Assembly (NCBI GenBank): GCA_044229145.1
Contig: JBGATO010000016.1
Coordinates: forward strand, 1 to 63,644
Source: Candidatus Eiseniibacteriota bacterium
GTDB lineage: Bacteria; Eisenbacteria; RBG-16-71-46; CAZEPH01
Direction of reading: 5' to 3'
DNA: 63,644 nucleotides
A program made the position numbers and the translations under genes. Every line of letters starts with the position of its first letter. The stretch's first letter is position 1. Shown piece after piece: positions 34,382-43,660 of the stretch. Under the pieces are notes generated by a model that saw nothing but the letters and a program-made list of their open reading frames with translations, ran no database searches and had not been told where the DNA came from.

Positions 34382-35104
34382 ATGCGATCGCGCGCTTGCC
34401 TCGCCGCTTTGTACCTCCTCCTCGCCGCCCCGGCGTTCGCCGTCAGCTACATGCCGTTGGCCACCGGCATGACGTGGGACTACACGAGCCCGAGCGCCGG
34501 ACCGCACAACATGATGATGTGCGGCACGCGCGTGGTGCATGGCGTCGTCACCTCGGTGCGCCACCAGTCCGAGGCCGCGCAGGTCTACGAGAACTACTGG
34601 AGCGACGATGCCGACGGCACGCTCTATCTGCACGGCGCGTGGAACGTGACCCACGACTTCAAGGCGGTGTACGTGCCGCCGATCGTGTTCCTGCAGCCGC
34701 CGCTCGCGGTCGGCCGCACCTGGGCCAACCCGCACATCCAGGTCGAAGATTTCGAGGGCAATCCCGCCGGCGACCCGTTCTCGTATCCGATGGCCGTGTT
34801 CGAGGATGTCGTGCTGACGGTGCCGGCCGGTTCGTTCCACTGCTATGGCGTCGGATTCGACGCGGGCGGATTCACGGCGCGCGCCGGAACGATGACGTTC
34901 ACCGCCACCGGACGTCGCATCGACGCCGGCACCACGCCGGCATCCGTGGGCAGCGCGACCGATTGGTTCAGCGAGGGCGTCGGCGAGGTGCGTTTCGCGG
35001 GCGGGGCGGATGTCTACGACCTCGTCGGCTGGGGCGCGCCCACCGACACGCGCCCGGCGACGTGGGGTGCCATCAAGGCACTGTTCAGCGCCCGCCTCCG
35101 CTAG
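34382..35104 (+). CDS. Secreted protein with C-terminal TWGAIK-type tail
   Basis: Signal peptide (..LLLAAPAFA|V), YMPLATGMTWDY, VTVPAG.F-like motif, WFSEGVGEV and tail PTDTRPATWGAIKALFSARLR. SD GGAGG. Confidence 0.8.
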   Translation: MRSRACLAALYLLLAAPAFAVSYMPLATGMTWDYTSPSAGPHNMMMCGTRVVHGVVTSVRHQSEAAQVYENYWSDDADGTLYLHGAWNVTHDFKAVYVPPIVFLQPPLAVGRTWANPHIQVEDFEGNPAGDPFSYPMAVFEDVVLTVPAGSFHCYGVGFDAGGFTARAGTMTFTATGRRIDAGTTPASVGSATDWFSEGVGEVRFAGGADVYDLVGWGAPTDTRPATWGAIKALFSARLR

Positions 35105-35174
35105 CTGCATCTGCTACACTCGCCGCGCGGCGCCGCATCCCGCGGCGCCGCGTGTCTCCATCGAAGGGAATGTT

Positions 35175-36755
35175 CTGCCTTTTTCGTCTCTGAAGTTGCA
35201 CGCCGCCTTGCTCGCCGGGATCAAGGATCTCGGCTACGCCCGCCCCACGCCGATCCAGGAAGCGGCGATTCCGCCGGCGCTCGCGGGGAAGGATGTCCTC
35301 GCCACCGCGCAGACCGGCAGCGGCAAGACCGCGGCGTTCCTGTTGCCGATCCTCCATCGCCTGCTGGCGCGGCCGCGCGGCGCGACGCGCGCCCTCATCC
35401 TCACGCCGACGCGTGAGCTCGCGCAGCAGATCGTCGACGATCTCGAGGATCTCGCGACGCACACCGCGCTCTCCGGCGCCGCGGTCTACGGCGGCGTCAA
35501 GCCGGGGCCGCAGGAGCACGCGTTCCGCCGCGGCGTCGACGTCATCGTCGCCACGCCCGGCCGTCTGCTCGACCACGCACGCTTCGCCTACGGCAAGCTG
35601 CCGCACGTCGAGATGCTGGTGCTCGACGAAGCCGACCGCATGCTCGACATGGGCTTCCTGCCCGAGATCCGCAAGATCCTCAAGCTGCTTCCGGTGAAGC
35701 GGCAGACGCTGTTCTTCAGCGCGACGATGCCGCCGCCCATCGCGTCGCTGTCGTCCGAAATGCTGCGGCAGCCGGTGACACTGTCGATGGGCCGGCCGTC
35801 GACTCCGGCGGTGGGCATCACGCAGGCGGTGTATCCGGTGGTGCAGGATCGCAAGGGCCCGCTGCTGCTCGCGTTGCTCGAGCGTGGCGACATGCAGCAA
35901 GCGCTGGTGTTCACGCGCACCAAGCACCGCGCCGACCGTGTGGCGCGCGCGCTGCAGAAGGCCGGCGTGAAGGCGGCGCAGATCCACGGCAACCGCTCGC
36001 AGGCGCAGCGCACGCAGGCGCTGCAGGGCTTCAAGAACGGCCGCTTCGACGTGCTGGTGGCCACCGATATCGCGGCACGCGGGATCGATGTCGAGGCGCT
36101 CGGGCACGTCGTCAACTTCGACGTGCCGCGCGCGCCGGAGGACTACATCCACCGCATCGGCCGCACCGGCCGCGCGGAGGCGGTGGGCGAAGCGTTCACC
36201 TTCTGCGCGCCGGACGAACAGACCGAGATGGTGCGTATCGAAAAGGCGCTCGGGCGGCGGCTGCCGCGCGTGACGGTGCCGGACTTCGACTACAGTTCGT
36301 CCGCGACGCACACCGAGCCGGTGCGCGGGTCGACGCGGCCGGAAGGGCCACGGGCGGCTTCTCCGCGCGCCGCGACGCCCCGCGCGACGGCACCGGCACG
36401 TCAGGCGGCGCCGGCACGCGCTACCGCGCACGCGCGGCCCGCACGCGCGGAGGCTTCCGCGCGGCAGGCGGCGCCGGCACGCGGCAGCGCGCCTGCCCGT
36501 TCGTCCGCGCCCACACGCGGCGCGGCACATCCGCGCGCGGCAGCGCCGGCGCGTCCCGCGGCGCCGTCTGCGCGCGGACCCAAGGCGCCCAAGCCGAGCT
36601 TCACCGGTGAACAGGCGGCACCGCGGTCGCAGCCGCGTCCCGCCAGCGGCGGTTCGCGCAGCCACTCGCCGCGTTCCACCGGCGGGGCGCCGCTGCCGCC
36701 GCAGGAATTCGGGCGTCGCCGCAAGGCGCGGCGTCCGCCTCGCCCGGGGCGGTAG
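35175..36755 (+). CDS. DEAD-box RNA helicase (RhlE-like) with a long basic low-complexity tail; probable CTG start
   Basis: Q motif, AQTGSGKT, PTRELA, TPGR, DEAD, SAT, ARGID and HRIGRTGR. Extended -10 TGcTACACT at 35112-35120. Confidence 0.93.
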   Translation: MPFSSLKLHAALLAGIKDLGYARPTPIQEAAIPPALAGKDVLATAQTGSGKTAAFLLPILHRLLARPRGATRALILTPTRELAQQIVDDLEDLATHTALSGAAVYGGVKPGPQEHAFRRGVDVIVATPGRLLDHARFAYGKLPHVEMLVLDEADRMLDMGFLPEIRKILKLLPVKRQTLFFSATMPPPIASLSSEMLRQPVTLSMGRPSTPAVGITQAVYPVVQDRKGPLLLALLERGDMQQALVFTRTKHRADRVARALQKAGVKAAQIHGNRSQAQRTQALQGFKNGRFDVLVATDIAARGIDVEALGHVVNFDVPRAPEDYIHRIGRTGRAEAVGEAFTFCAPDEQTEMVRIEKALGRRLPRVTVPDFDYSSSATHTEPVRGSTRPEGPRAASPRAATPRATAPARQAAPARATAHARPARAEASARQAAPARGSAPARSSAPTRGAAHPRAAAPARPAAPSARGPKAPKPSFTGEQAAPRSQPRPASGGSRSHSPRSTGGAPLPPQEFGRRRKARRPPRPGR

Positions 36756-36764
36756 CCGCGCGCG

Positions 36765-37640
36765 ATGCGTCACGCTCTGGTTACCGATGTCCTCGCGCGT
36801 CTCGGCTTTCCCGACGGCACGCCGCCCTCACGCGATCTCGCGGGCCTGACCGCGCTCTACCGCGCGTGGGGACACGCGGTGCCGTTCGACAACCTGCGCA
36901 AGTTGATCGCCCTGCGCACCGATCCGCCAGGCACGCCGTTGCCCGGACTCGACGCCGACGACTTCTTCACCACCTGGCTCGCGCACGGCGCCGGCGGCAC
37001 GTGCTGGTCGAGCAGCAACGCGCTGCACGAGCTGCTGCGCGTGGTGGGCTTCGACGCGCGGCGCATCGCCGGCTCGATGCGCGACACCGGCATGACCACT
37101 CACGGCAGCGTGCTCGTGCACTTCGACGGCGCCGACTCTGGGGACTGGCTCGTCGACACCTCGATGCTCCACGACACGCCGCTGCCGGTGCACGGCATTC
37201 CGCACGTTCATCGCGACGGCGCCGCCGCTGCCGAGATCGAGCCGCTCGACGACCTCTTCATGCTGTGGACGCGCATGCCGTCGGCCGATGCGTGGCTGCC
37301 GTGCCGCTTCGTGGTCGACCCCGACACGCACGAGGGACACGCCGAACGCTACGAGATCTCGCGCACGCAGGGCGGCTTCAATCAGCGCGTGTACGTCCGC
37401 TGCAATCGCGGCGACGAACAGTGGTCGCTCGCCGGCCCGACGCTGGCGCGGCGCGGCCCGGACGGCATCCACACCGACACGCTCACGCCCGAGTTGTTGA
37501 TCGACGTCCTGCACGACGACATCGGGATGTCGGATGAGCTCCTGACGCGTTTCATCGAGTGCGGCGCGCTCGTCGAATCGTTCGCGCCGCCCTCGTTCAC
37601 TCCCGCGCCCTTGACGTCGCTGCCGCCGTCGTTGCGCTGA
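36765..37640 (+). CDS. Arylamine N-acetyltransferase family protein
   Basis: VPFDNL, GGTCW (Cys), THGSVLV (His) and WLVD (Asp), matching the NAT triad pattern. Confidence 0.8.
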   Translation: MRHALVTDVLARLGFPDGTPPSRDLAGLTALYRAWGHAVPFDNLRKLIALRTDPPGTPLPGLDADDFFTTWLAHGAGGTCWSSSNALHELLRVVGFDARRIAGSMRDTGMTTHGSVLVHFDGADSGDWLVDTSMLHDTPLPVHGIPHVHRDGAAAAEIEPLDDLFMLWTRMPSADAWLPCRFVVDPDTHEGHAERYEISRTQGGFNQRVYVRCNRGDEQWSLAGPTLARRGPDGIHTDTLTPELLIDVLHDDIGMSDELLTRFIECGALVESFAPPSFTPAPLTSLPPSLR

Positions 37641-37673
37641 GTTCTGTCGGACCCGTCGCGTACACTGCGACGC

Positions 37674-38525
37674 ATGCTGAAACTCGTACCCGATGAACTG
37701 TGGTGCTTCGACGCCGAATGGGCGCCGGATCCGGTGAGCGGCCGCGCCGCCTACGATGTGCCCGCCGACGCGCCGGTGGACGCCGTGCTCCAGCGGATGT
37801 GGCAGGAAGGCGGCGCCACCGACGACAACCCGCGCCCCTACCTCAAGACCGTGCTTTGCCGCGTGCTGTCGATCGCCGCCGTGGTGCGGCGGTCGAAAGG
37901 CGGCCGCGAGGTCTCGCTGATGCTCAACTCGCTGCCCGGCAAGGGCGACGAAGCACTCGGCGAAGCGGAGCTCCTCGACAAGTTCCTCGGCGCCATCGGC
38001 CGCGCGCGCCCGCAGCTCGTCGGCTTCAACTCGCTCAATGCGGACCTCCCGATCCTCACGCAGCGCGGCCTCGTCCATGGCCTGCAAGCCGCCGGCTACT
38101 GCGAGCGCCCGAACAAGCCGTGGGAGGGCAAGGACTACTTCCAGCGTGGCAGCGACTGGAACGTGGACCTCAAGGACATGATCGGCGCCTTCGGCAAGGC
38201 GAACCCGACGTTGCACGAAGTCGCCACCGCATGCGGCATCCCCGGCAAGATGGACGTCAGCGGCGAGAACGTCGTCGACCTCTGGCTGGCCGGCGACGTG
38301 CGCCGCATCGTCCAATACAACGAGTGCGACGCACTCACCACGTACCTGCTGTGGTTGCGCACCGCGCACTTCGCCAACTTCGTGTCGACCACCGGCTACA
38401 TGGCCGAGCAGGAGATGCTGCGCGACCTACTGCGCAAGCGTGGCGCCGAGCCGGGCAATGAGCACCTGCTCGCCTACCTCGAGAAGTGGGAGGCCTTGCG
38501 GTCGGTGCGCGACGCGGTGCGCTGA
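37674..38525 (+). CDS. PolB-like 3'-5' exonuclease domain protein
   Basis: ExoI FDAEW, ExoII LVGFN...DLP, ExoIII YNECD, plus GIPGK.DV.G..V. TACACT 7 nt before the ATG. Confidence 0.85.
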   Translation: MLKLVPDELWCFDAEWAPDPVSGRAAYDVPADAPVDAVLQRMWQEGGATDDNPRPYLKTVLCRVLSIAAVVRRSKGGREVSLMLNSLPGKGDEALGEAELLDKFLGAIGRARPQLVGFNSLNADLPILTQRGLVHGLQAAGYCERPNKPWEGKDYFQRGSDWNVDLKDMIGAFGKANPTLHEVATACGIPGKMDVSGENVVDLWLAGDVRRIVQYNECDALTTYLLWLRTAHFANFVSTTGYMAEQEMLRDLLRKRGAEPGNEHLLAYLEKWEALRSVRDAVR

Positions 38526-38657
38526 GCGCCTCCGCCTTTCGGCGCCCGCCGCCTTCGACGAGAGTCCCAGTGCTTTCGCCCCGTTCCGGGGTCGATGCTT
38601 GGTGTGTGGAGAACTCTCGATCGGAATCGTGATGCGTCGCGATTCCAGGAGGTGGCC

Positions 38658-39281
38658 ATGCACAGAGCGGAACATCGTTGGATTGCCGCAGCCATCGCGA
38701 TGGCGGTCGCCGCGGCGCTCGTCGTACTCACGGCACGTACGGCGAGCGGAGCCGAAGTGCTCGCGTATGGATCCGATGGGTGGCGCTACTGCGCGGTGAC
38801 GCCGGGAGACCCCCTCGTCTCGACGTTCTACCTGCCGGAGTGTAACGACGCCTCGTGGAATGTCGGCGAGGCGGGATTTGGGAGCGCGGGTCGCTGTCTT
38901 CTCCAGGTCGCGCGGCACACGGAGTGGTCGGGCCGGCAAGACCTCCTGGCACGCCGCTTCTTCGCCGTGCCCCCGGAGAAAGACGAGATTGTAGTGCGCG
39001 TGGCGATCGGGGATGAGGCCACGCTCTATGTGAACGGAGCACCACTCGCGCACCTCGTGCACGAGGGCTGCCCGTTCCCCGACGATTACTCGTTCGTCGT
39101 TCCCCCGGAGTTGCTCAACCGGGAGGGGCTCAATCTGCTGGCGGTGCATGCCGAGAGCCACCGTGGCTCGGCGTTCTTTGATTTGCGCATCGTCGCGGGT
39201 CCGGAGCCTGCATTCGTCGAAGGCCAGCCGTTGATCGGCTTCAGCCCGGTGCCGGCAGCAGCGAGGCACGTGGCGCAGTAG
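38658..39281 (+). CDS. Secreted hypothetical protein, galactose-binding-like jelly-roll domain
   Basis: SD AGGAGG and a signal peptide. Pattern W.Y...F..P..ND.SW..G.AGFG...ARR.F...D..A.LYVNG...L..G.NLLAV. Confidence 0.65.
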   Translation: MHRAEHRWIAAAIAMAVAAALVVLTARTASGAEVLAYGSDGWRYCAVTPGDPLVSTFYLPECNDASWNVGEAGFGSAGRCLLQVARHTEWSGRQDLLARRFFAVPPEKDEIVVRVAIGDEATLYVNGAPLAHLVHEGCPFPDDYSFVVPPELLNREGLNLLAVHAESHRGSAFFDLRIVAGPEPAFVEGQPLIGFSPVPAAARHVAQ

Positions 39282-39308
39282 CGCCTTCGGCGCGCGATCC
39301 GACTCTCG

Positions 39309-39355
39309 CCGGCGGCGTCACGGTCCCTGTGGGGCCGGGCGCCGCCGGTTTTTTT
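39309..39355 (+). terminator. Intrinsic terminator
   Basis: Long GC hairpin CCGGCGGCGTC-a-CGGTCCC-tgt-GGGGCCG-GGCGCCGCCGG followed by T7. Confidence 0.75.
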
Positions 39356-39404
39356 CGTCGTCCAGGCGGTTCAGCGGCGGGGCGGCGCCTCCGAGACTTG
39401 AGGC

Positions 39405-40205
39405 GTGACACTCTCTCCCGACCTGCGCCGGCGGCTGCCGGACCTCTGCGTGACGCTCGGCCTCGCCCTGGCGTGCGCCGTGTGCGCTTCGGCGCCCGCG
39501 CCCGCGCTGGCGGGCGGGGTGGCGGCGATCGCGGTGGCGGCCCTGGTGGCCGCGCCGCCCGAGCGCTGGCCGGCGCTGGTCCTGGCGACGGCAGCGGGCG
39601 GAGCCAGCGGGGCGATGGTGGCGGGGACGCCGGCCGCCGCGGCGTGGCTCGCGGCCGCGGCACGGGCCATCGAGGTGCTGGCGGCGGCGGACATGCTGCG
39701 CTGGTTCGCCCGCGGACGGTTCCGGTTGGTGTCGGCGCGCGATGCGGCGGGCTTCGGCGTGGTGACGCTGGCGGCGCCGGCGCTCGGCGCGCTGGTGGCC
39801 AAGGCGCTGCTCGAATTGAATGGGGCGACGATGTCGGCGGGCGCCTGGTGGGCGGCCGATGCGACAGGCCTCGTGGCGGCCGGCGCGGTGTGCGCCTGGC
39901 GCGCGGCGCGGGAGTCGGCGCGGGCGTTGGCCGACGAACGGGACGCGGCCGCTGCCGGACGCGACGCCGCGCTCGCCGAACTCACCCGCGTCCTCGACGT
40001 GTTGCACGACACGCGCGCCGTGCTGCCGGTGTGCAGCGCGTGCGGCGACTTCCGCGAGGACGTCACCTACTGGCTCACCCTCGACCGCTTCCGCTTCGAT
40101 CACGCGGACGCGGTGCTGGGCGCCGGCGAGTGCCCACATTGCGCCGCCGCCCACGCCGACGCGCCCGACTGGAACGCCCTGTTCCGCGTCGACCGCGCCG
40201 CTTAG
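39405..40205 (+). CDS. Membrane protein (MASE1-like TMs) with a C-terminal four-Cys motif
   Basis: About five hydrophobic segments (PERWPALV, WWAADATG), a short coiled coil, then LPVCSACGDFRED..YW...GECPHC. Confidence 0.65.
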   Translation: MTLSPDLRRRLPDLCVTLGLALACAVCASAPAPALAGGVAAIAVAALVAAPPERWPALVLATAAGGASGAMVAGTPAAAAWLAAAARAIEVLAAADMLRWFARGRFRLVSARDAAGFGVVTLAAPALGALVAKALLELNGATMSAGAWWAADATGLVAAGAVCAWRAARESARALADERDAAAAGRDAALAELTRVLDVLHDTRAVLPVCSACGDFREDVTYWLTLDRFRFDHADAVLGAGECPHCAAAHADAPDWNALFRVDRAA

Positions 40206-40215
40206 CGCGCCGCGC

Positions 40216-41667
40216 CTACCGCAACCAGCCCTGCGGGTCCTGCGCTTCCTTGCCCTTGCGCACCTCGAAGTGCAGCGCCGGCCCCTTCACGCTGTCGGTG
40301 TCGCCGACCCGCGCGATCACCTGCCCCGGTTGCACCTCCGCGCCACTGCCGGCGAGCAGCGCCGAGCAGTAGCCGTAGATCGTGTAGTAACCATCGCCGT
40401 GGTTGAGGATGATCGTCTTGCCGTAGCCCGGCAGATACTCGGAGAGTTCGACGCGGCCGCGGGCGACGGCGCGCACATCGGTGCCGGCGGGTGCGGCGAT
40501 GTCGATGCCGTTGTTGAACGTCACCGTGTTGAAGCGCTCGCTGACGTTGCGCCCGAAGCTGCCGACGAGCGACCCGCGCACCGGCCACGACAGCGAGCCG
40601 CGGTTCTTGGCGAAATTGGCATCGGCGAGGAACTTGTCGTCCGACGGCGGCGGCGCCTTCGGCGTCTTCGTGCCCGGCGTCTGGGTGCCCTGCGCGGCGC
40701 GGCGCGCCGCTTCCTCGGCTTCGCGGCGACGGCGCTCGAGCTGCGCGAGGAAGTTCTGGATGCGACGCGCCGAGGCTTCCATTTGTCGCGCAGTCTCTTC
40801 CGCTGACTTGCGCTGCGACGTGATGCCGGCCAGCGTGCGCGCCTGTTCCTGCTGCAGCGACGAGAGACGCTTCGATTCGACCGTCTTCTCGCCGGAGATC
40901 GCGGTGAGCTCCTTGATGGTGCCCTCGAGCTGGCGCTTGTGCCCTTCGATGCGCTGCGTCTCGCCCTGGATTTCGCCGAGCAACGCGCGGTCGGCGTCGA
41001 GGATGCGCTGGAAGAAGTCGCCGCGCTGCACCAGTCCGGCGAACGACGCCGACGACAGCAACGCCTCCAGCCGGCGATCGCGCCCGAACTTGTAGATCTC
41101 GCGCAACCGCCACGACAGCGTCGCGCGCTGCGCCTCGCGGCGGTTGATCGCCGCGGCGAGATCCCGCTCCGTGATCGCCTTCTTGCCCTGCACGATGGTC
41201 TCGCGCGCTTCGAGCTGGCGCAGGTAGCGCTGCGTCGTCGTCAAGTCGCGCTGGATGCGCTGCAAGTCCTTGGCGACCGACTTCTCCTTGCCGCGCAGTC
41301 GCGCCGCCAGATCGCGATTCTTGCGCGCCTCCTCACGCAGCGCGTCGATTTGCTGCTGCTGGTCGGCGATGTCCTCGCTGGTGACCTTCTTGGGATCGGC
41401 CGGCGGCAGCGATTGCACCGGGAACGGCTTGCCGACCGGCGGCACGTTCGGCCCGACCGGCGCCGGCACCGGCTTCGGCACACGGCGGCGCGTCGTCGTC
41501 CGCTTGGGCGTGCGCTTGGTGGCCGGCTTCTTGGTCGTGGTCTTCTTCTTGGTGCGCGCCTCGGCCGCCGGCGCGGCGAGCAGCGGCGCGACGAGGGGCG
41601 CGGCCGCCACGCACAGTTCGCACGCGAGCAGGACGGCGGCGATCCACGACGACGGACGGCGGCGCAT
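40216..41667 (-). CDS. envC: Murein hydrolase activator EnvC (coiled coil plus degenerate M23 domain)
   Basis: Signal peptide, long coiled coil, LSWPVRG, NNGIDI, YGKTIILNHG and LHFEVR. Directly follows ftsEX. Confidence 0.85.
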   Translation of the reverse strand: MRRRPSSWIAAVLLACELCVAAAPLVAPLLAAPAAEARTKKKTTTKKPATKRTPKRTTTRRRVPKPVPAPVGPNVPPVGKPFPVQSLPPADPKKVTSEDIADQQQQIDALREEARKNRDLAARLRGKEKSVAKDLQRIQRDLTTTQRYLRQLEARETIVQGKKAITERDLAAAINRREAQRATLSWRLREIYKFGRDRRLEALLSSASFAGLVQRGDFFQRILDADRALLGEIQGETQRIEGHKRQLEGTIKELTAISGEKTVESKRLSSLQQEQARTLAGITSQRKSAEETARQMEASARRIQNFLAQLERRRREAEEAARRAAQGTQTPGTKTPKAPPPSDDKFLADANFAKNRGSLSWPVRGSLVGSFGRNVSERFNTVTFNNGIDIAAPAGTDVRAVARGRVELSEYLPGYGKTIILNHGDGYYTIYGYCSALLAGSGAEVQPGQVIARVGDTDSVKGPALHFEVRKGKEAQDPQGWLR

Positions 41668-41676
41668 GCGCGGCTC

Positions 41677-42555
41677 CTACTTCACCGGACGCGGGCCGCG
41701 CAGCACGCCGCTCAGCGCCGCCAAGCTGCCGAGCACGCCGAGGCCGACCGCGAACCCTTCGGCCGCCGCCACCCCGCGCCACGACAAGAACAGGAAGCCG
41801 GGCACCCAACTCTGCACTGCCGCCGTGAGCCCCCACGTGATGAGCAGCGCGACACTCATGCCGGCCATCGATAAGATCACGGCTTCTGCGATGAACGGCC
41901 CCGCGGTGAAGCGGCGGCTGGCGCCCACGAGCTGGAACACTTCGACGAGATCTTGCCGCGCCACCACGGCGAGCCGGATCGTCGACCACACCACTAGCAG
42001 GGCGCCGAGTCCGATCAGCAGGCCCGCCGCGATCGTCCCGAGTTTGACGCGGGCGGCGATGAAGTCGAGACGCTCCACCCATTCTTCGCCGTAGCGCACG
42101 TCCTCGACGCCGGCGAGGTGCGCCAGCGTGTCGGCGAGCGCGGCGATGCTCTCGGCATCACGCGCGTTCGGTTGCAACGACAGGCGGATCGACTGCGGCA
42201 GCGGATTGACACCGATCGCGTCCACCAATTCGCGCGCGTCGCCGAGATCCTTCGACAATTCTTCGAGCGCTTGATCGCGGGTGACGAAGCGCGCGCTGGC
42301 GACGCCGCCGAGGCGCTGCGTGGTGGCGAGCAGCGTCTGGACGCTGTCGGCGCTCAAGCTGTCGCGCACGAACACCACGACTTCCTTGCGCGCCGCGACA
42401 TCGGTGGAGGCCGCGCGCAGATTCACTGCAAGCACCAAGAACGCCGCCAGGATGCCGTACGACGCGATGGTGGCGATGAGCGACGCCGCCGTCAGACTGC
42501 GGTGGCGGCGAATGCCGCGCCAGCCTTCGGCGATGAGGAAGCGAACGCGACTCAT
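41677..42555 (-). CDS. ftsX: Cell division permease FtsX
   Basis: One TM, periplasmic NPLP.S motif, three TMs, TIRLAV.AR and LVGA...F..GPF..E. Coupled to ftsE. Confidence 0.88.
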   Translation of the reverse strand: MSRVRFLIAEGWRGIRRHRSLTAASLIATIASYGILAAFLVLAVNLRAASTDVAARKEVVVFVRDSLSADSVQTLLATTQRLGGVASARFVTRDQALEELSKDLGDARELVDAIGVNPLPQSIRLSLQPNARDAESIAALADTLAHLAGVEDVRYGEEWVERLDFIAARVKLGTIAAGLLIGLGALLVVWSTIRLAVVARQDLVEVFQLVGASRRFTAGPFIAEAVILSMAGMSVALLITWGLTAAVQSWVPGFLFLSWRGVAAAEGFAVGLGVLGSLAALSGVLRGPRPVK

Positions 42556-43289
42556 GGCGTCACCTCCGCGGACGGCGCGGCCGCCTGCGGCACCACCGGC
42601 AGCGCCGCGGTGCGCAAGCCGCTCGGATCGATGCCGTCGCCGTACAGGCGGCCGTCGCGCAACTCCACCGCGCGCACGCCGAGCAACTGCGCGAAGCTGG
42701 CGTCACTGGTCGTGAGGATCACGCTGGTGCCGAGCGCCGGGAGACCGCGCAGCAACTCGAGGATGCCGGCGCCGGTGACCGGATCGAGGTTCGCCGTCGG
42801 TTCGTCGGCCAGCAAGAGCGGCGGCGCGAAGACGAGCGCGCGCGCCAGCGCCACGCGCTGCTGCTCGCCGCCCGACAGCCGCGACGGATGCGCGCGGAGG
42901 TGCTGGCCGAGGCCGACCGCTTCGAGCACTTGGGTGACGCGCGTGTGCATCGCCACCGCGTCGTCCTGGCCGGCGACGCGCAGCGGCAGCGCAACGTTCT
43001 CGAACACGTTGCGATCGCGCAGCAGCTTGAAGTCCTGGAAGATCACGCCGACGCGCCGGCGCAACATCGCCACGCGCTTCGCCGACGTGCGCGCCGACGT
43101 CCACTCGCCGATGCGAATGGTGCCGCTGGTGGGCAATTCCTCCATGAGCAGGAGACGCAAGAGCGTCGTCTTGCCGGAGCCGCTGGGACCGTGCACCAGG
43201 AGGAACTCGCCGGACCCGAGCGCGAAGGACACGTCCTGCAGGACGGTGCGCGGGCCATAGCACTTGGTCACGTGGGAAAGTTCGAGCAT
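42552..43289 (-). CDS. ftsE: Cell division ATP-binding protein FtsE
   Basis: GPSGSGKT, LRRRVGVIFQDFKLL.DRNVFENVALPL, LSGGEQQR and ADEPT.NLD. Confidence 0.9.
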   Translation of the reverse strand: MLELSHVTKCYGPRTVLQDVSFALGSGEFLLVHGPSGSGKTTLLRLLLMEELPTSGTIRIGEWTSARTSAKRVAMLRRRVGVIFQDFKLLRDRNVFENVALPLRVAGQDDAVAMHTRVTQVLEAVGLGQHLRAHPSRLSGGEQQRVALARALVFAPPLLLADEPTANLDPVTGAGILELLRGLPALGTSVILTTSDASFAQLLGVRAVELRDGRLYGDGIDPSGLRTAALPVVPQAAAPSAEVTP

Positions 43290-43323
43290 GTCTCGTCCAT
43301 GACGTGGCGGTTGCAGCCGCGGG

Positions 43324-43653
43324 TCACCGGGCGGTGTCCTCGTCGGCGAGCAACCTGTAGAACCGCGGCGCATCCTTGCGCGATTGTCCGCGCCCCGGCA
43401 CTGCGAGCAGCGCGTACGTGCGGGTGCGGCGGCCGATCGTCACCGCCAGTGTGTCCCCGGCCCGCGCCAGGTGTGCCGGCCGGGCGGCCGCGCCGTTGAG
43501 CGTCACCGCGCCGTCGTCGATCGCGCGTGCCGCTTGGCTGCGCGTCGGCGCCAGACACAGGTGGTGCAACAGCACGTCCAGCCGGCATGTCGCGGGGCCA
43601 GCGAACGCCGGCGCATCGTGCGCCGCCGCGTGCCGCCGCTCGCCCCGCGTCAC
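43324..43653 (-). CDS. S4-domain RNA-binding protein (Hsp15/RqcP-like)
   Basis: RLD.LL..LCL..TRSQA...ID.GAV.LNG..ARP.....GD.L. Start uncertain. Confidence 0.75.
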   Translation of the reverse strand: MTRGERRHAAAHDAPAFAGPATCRLDVLLHHLCLAPTRSQAARAIDDGAVTLNGAAARPAHLARAGDTLAVTIGRRTRTYALLAVPGRGQSRKDAPRFYRLLADEDTAR

Positions 43654-43660
43654 CGCGTTG

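Noticed and set aside
41480..41560. Lys/Thr/Arg-rich stretch in the EnvC N-terminus as a possible DNA repeat
   Set aside because: It is a low-complexity protein linker with no exact nucleotide periodicity.
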